Shown here: one piece after another, positions 61,801 to 64,000 of the stretch
Layout of the letters: each line of letters opens with the position of its first letter
Position numbering within the stretch: the stretch's first letter is position 1
Source of the DNA: Azolla caroliniana
Taxonomy: Eukaryota > Plantae > Polypodiophyta
Direction: 5' to 3'
DNA: 64,000 bases
Assembly (NCBI GenBank): GCA_043228905.1
Contig: JBHGNT010000015.1
Coordinates: 19,592,001 to 19,656,000 of the forward strand
Translations under genes and position numbers: made by a program
The notes under the pieces: model-generated
The model's input: only the letters and a program-made list of their open reading frames with translations
What the model was told of the DNA's origin: nothing
The model's database searches: none

Positions 61801-63918
61801 GTGCTGGGAATACTACTCCAAGCATTGGATTGGCATCGTACCTGCCTCATCCTAAGAATATAGATGTGCGCTTTCACTATATGTTATTATCTATGCTCTG
61901 TGGCACTTTGCCTCAGCCATTCAATCTATTGAACATTTTCAGAATACTGATTATTGAACTGAAATCATTTTCTGCCTTATAGTTCTCATATGTGGCACCA
62001 TTTCATATTTACTCATCTGTGCTTTGGGTTCACATGCTGATAGTTATTATTAGTCTTCAAATGAAACAAAACCTTCCATATTTTCTTTTGGAAAGTATGA
62101 TTTGGATGAAATGTATATTGTGACTCATGTCAAGGTAGTTCCAGCATTCCTTTTCCTCTGTCCTTCCTTCTACAACGTTCTCTTTACCCTAATGTTGATG
62201 TTGGTTGAAAGTTTATTGATAGTTGGCTATCTTTCTTTCCTATTTTCAAAGTAAAATAGATTTATGCATATGAACCCATATGCTTTATGCAATTGAACCG
62301 ATTTGGCACGCTTTCAATTAATAATTGAGGTCTCCTTTTTGCAACTTCAGCTGCATGGTTTGGTAAGTTATTTAAAGGCACACATCATCTGGAATCACTA
62401 AAAGTAGTACTAATTTTGCTGTTTGATAGGTATCTTTGAATGCGCTTGGTCTTCTTTTGCGCCTTGAGTTGCGTGGTTATGGGGATTGCATACGGACCCA
62501 CATTTTTGAAGTAGCAGAGCATCTATGTGATCCAGTAAGGCAGATTCTGAAACAATGAACTGTTTTTGTAATTAAAGAACTGAACATGATGCTTCAGGAA
62601 GAAATGCTTATTATCCTTTTTTTGTCCTTTTCTAATATACTTGGTCATGCCTAGATGTTGTGGCACAATGAGTGGCTCTTGGATGGCCTGGCTGTTTGGG
62701 CTTTAGCTTATGTGGGCCAGTTGAGCACATCAGAACAACTTCTAAAACAGATACAGGAAAGGTGAGGCATATTTATTATTAGTTGACACGAGTTCTTATA
62801 TGGATAGCAAGCTGACTGTGGAACTTTTGAACAGAGTCCATTCCTTGGGTCCAAATGAACAAGGAAACCTACAGGTGTTTGTAAAGGTACGTCTTTGAAT
62901 GCTAAATAGATCTGGTTATGGCGAACTTTCTGCTATTTTTAGTGGAACTTTCTGCAAGTCTTAGCGATATTGGAGAATTTGATTGTTAATGGTACACACT
63001 CTCTGCTGGCTGAATATGATCCCAAATGAAAAATAAGGAGGCATCCAGACTTCCCTTTCTATATGTCAGCTCAAAGTAATGATAAAAACATCAAGCTTCA
63101 AAATTAAAAATGCAAGTTTGGACAGTTTTTGTTTAAGTTTGATAGATTTTATGAGACTGAATGAGATATGCTGTGTCATATTTGCAAACAATAAACCAAA
63201 ATACATATAACTCAATTAGTAAAGCTGTGTAAGGTACTAGCTATTCTTGTTAGCTAAGCACTTAACATTCTGAGCTTAGATGAACTTAAACTTCTGCCTT
63301 GAAGGATTTCCAACATAGGCCAATCCAAGATGGAGTAGTCTCCAGAGTGAGGCAAGCACCGTTGATGTGGGAGGGATAATTTCCTTGATTGGTTGATAAC
63401 AAGGGTGATGGGGGGCATGGTCTAGATGGAGGTGTCTTACATGCACGATAAAATGTCTATTGTCCGATTTATTGCAATCCATTTGAATGTTGTGGTCGAA
63501 ACTCTTCTTGTGTAGCCCTTGGTTGACCTGTAACGTGAATGTTGCAGCTAAAGAAGGTTGTGATGGTTTTTTGCTGATGAATTTTTGTAGTTGTATTGTT
63601 AACATTCCACAAGTTCTGTCTATGTCTCTCGATTTCTAATAAGAACAAGAACAATCATAAGTATCCTTGCTCTTTATATTCCATTACCTTGTGAAGTGGA
63701 CTAAACCCGTCTTCAGAGAGACAGTGGTATCTCCCTTGTATTTCATAAAAAACACTACAATGAGAAACATAAAGAGAGATGAAATGTTACATCCCAATGA
63801 TATTTGTTACAAGGTCTTATTTTTGCAGCTTGCTGAGAGCATGTATGAGTATGGGAAAGGTAACCCTGAAGAAGCCTTCAATGTCCTGGGCGCTTCCTTT
63901 GATACTCTTCAGCTCAAG
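58895..63918 (+). CDS. TTC38: Tetratricopeptide repeat protein 38 homolog, first 11 exons, continuing past the window
   Basis: Exons: 58895-59017, 59317-59469, 59833-59925, 59995-60096, 60994-61137, 61224-61318, 61423-61558, 62430-62534, 62655-62761, 62835-62886, 63829-63918. Motifs include DRWGY, FPKDLVSLKRAQVLCFY, YIYGMLAF, WAQHALCHV and HNWWHLAL. Confidence 0.92.
63225..63780 (-). mobile_element. LINE 3'-end remnant in TTC38 intron 10
   Basis: It shares ggccaatccaagatggag, gataacaag-gtgatgggg and colinear flanks with 54500-54830. Confidence 0.65.
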
Positions 63919-64000
63919 GTGTGGTGGTTGGCTCAATTTCAATGCATATATTGTAACCATTTTCATTATGCAGAGACAAAATCCTGGTGGTGTTATTTTT

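Overview
Eukaryotic, intron-rich land-plant genomic DNA. A seed-free plant such as a fern is my inference from gene style, and it cannot be proven from this window. Six protein-coding genes were reconstructed exon by exon from GT-AG boundaries that keep the reading frame: an SMPD4/nSMase3-like gene (-, first two exons supported, 3' part not found), V-ATPase subunit B (+, 14 exons), an MPDU1-like PQ-loop gene (-, 8 exons, two U12-type introns), NAD-glutamate dehydrogenase (-, 9 exons), a Rubisco-LSMT-like SET-domain methyltransferase (+, 14 exons) and a TTC38-like gene (+, runs off the window). The first 8.4 kb is a nest of dead LTR retrotransposons: a copia inside a copia, next to a gypsy remnant. 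Introns and intergenic spacers carry LINE remnants, MITEs and many short tandem duplications. The most striking unexplained structures are four. (1) A 3.2-kb foldback with about 1.4-kb arms that carry a LINE RT fragment, inside intron 1 of the SMPD4-like gene. (2) A six-copy, CpG-rich 110-126 bp array in the divergent GDH/SET promoter. (3) Four micro-duplications of splice junctions in three different genes. (4) A copia copy with both outer LTR ends and a canonical PBS missing. No rRNA, tRNA or CRISPR array was seen.
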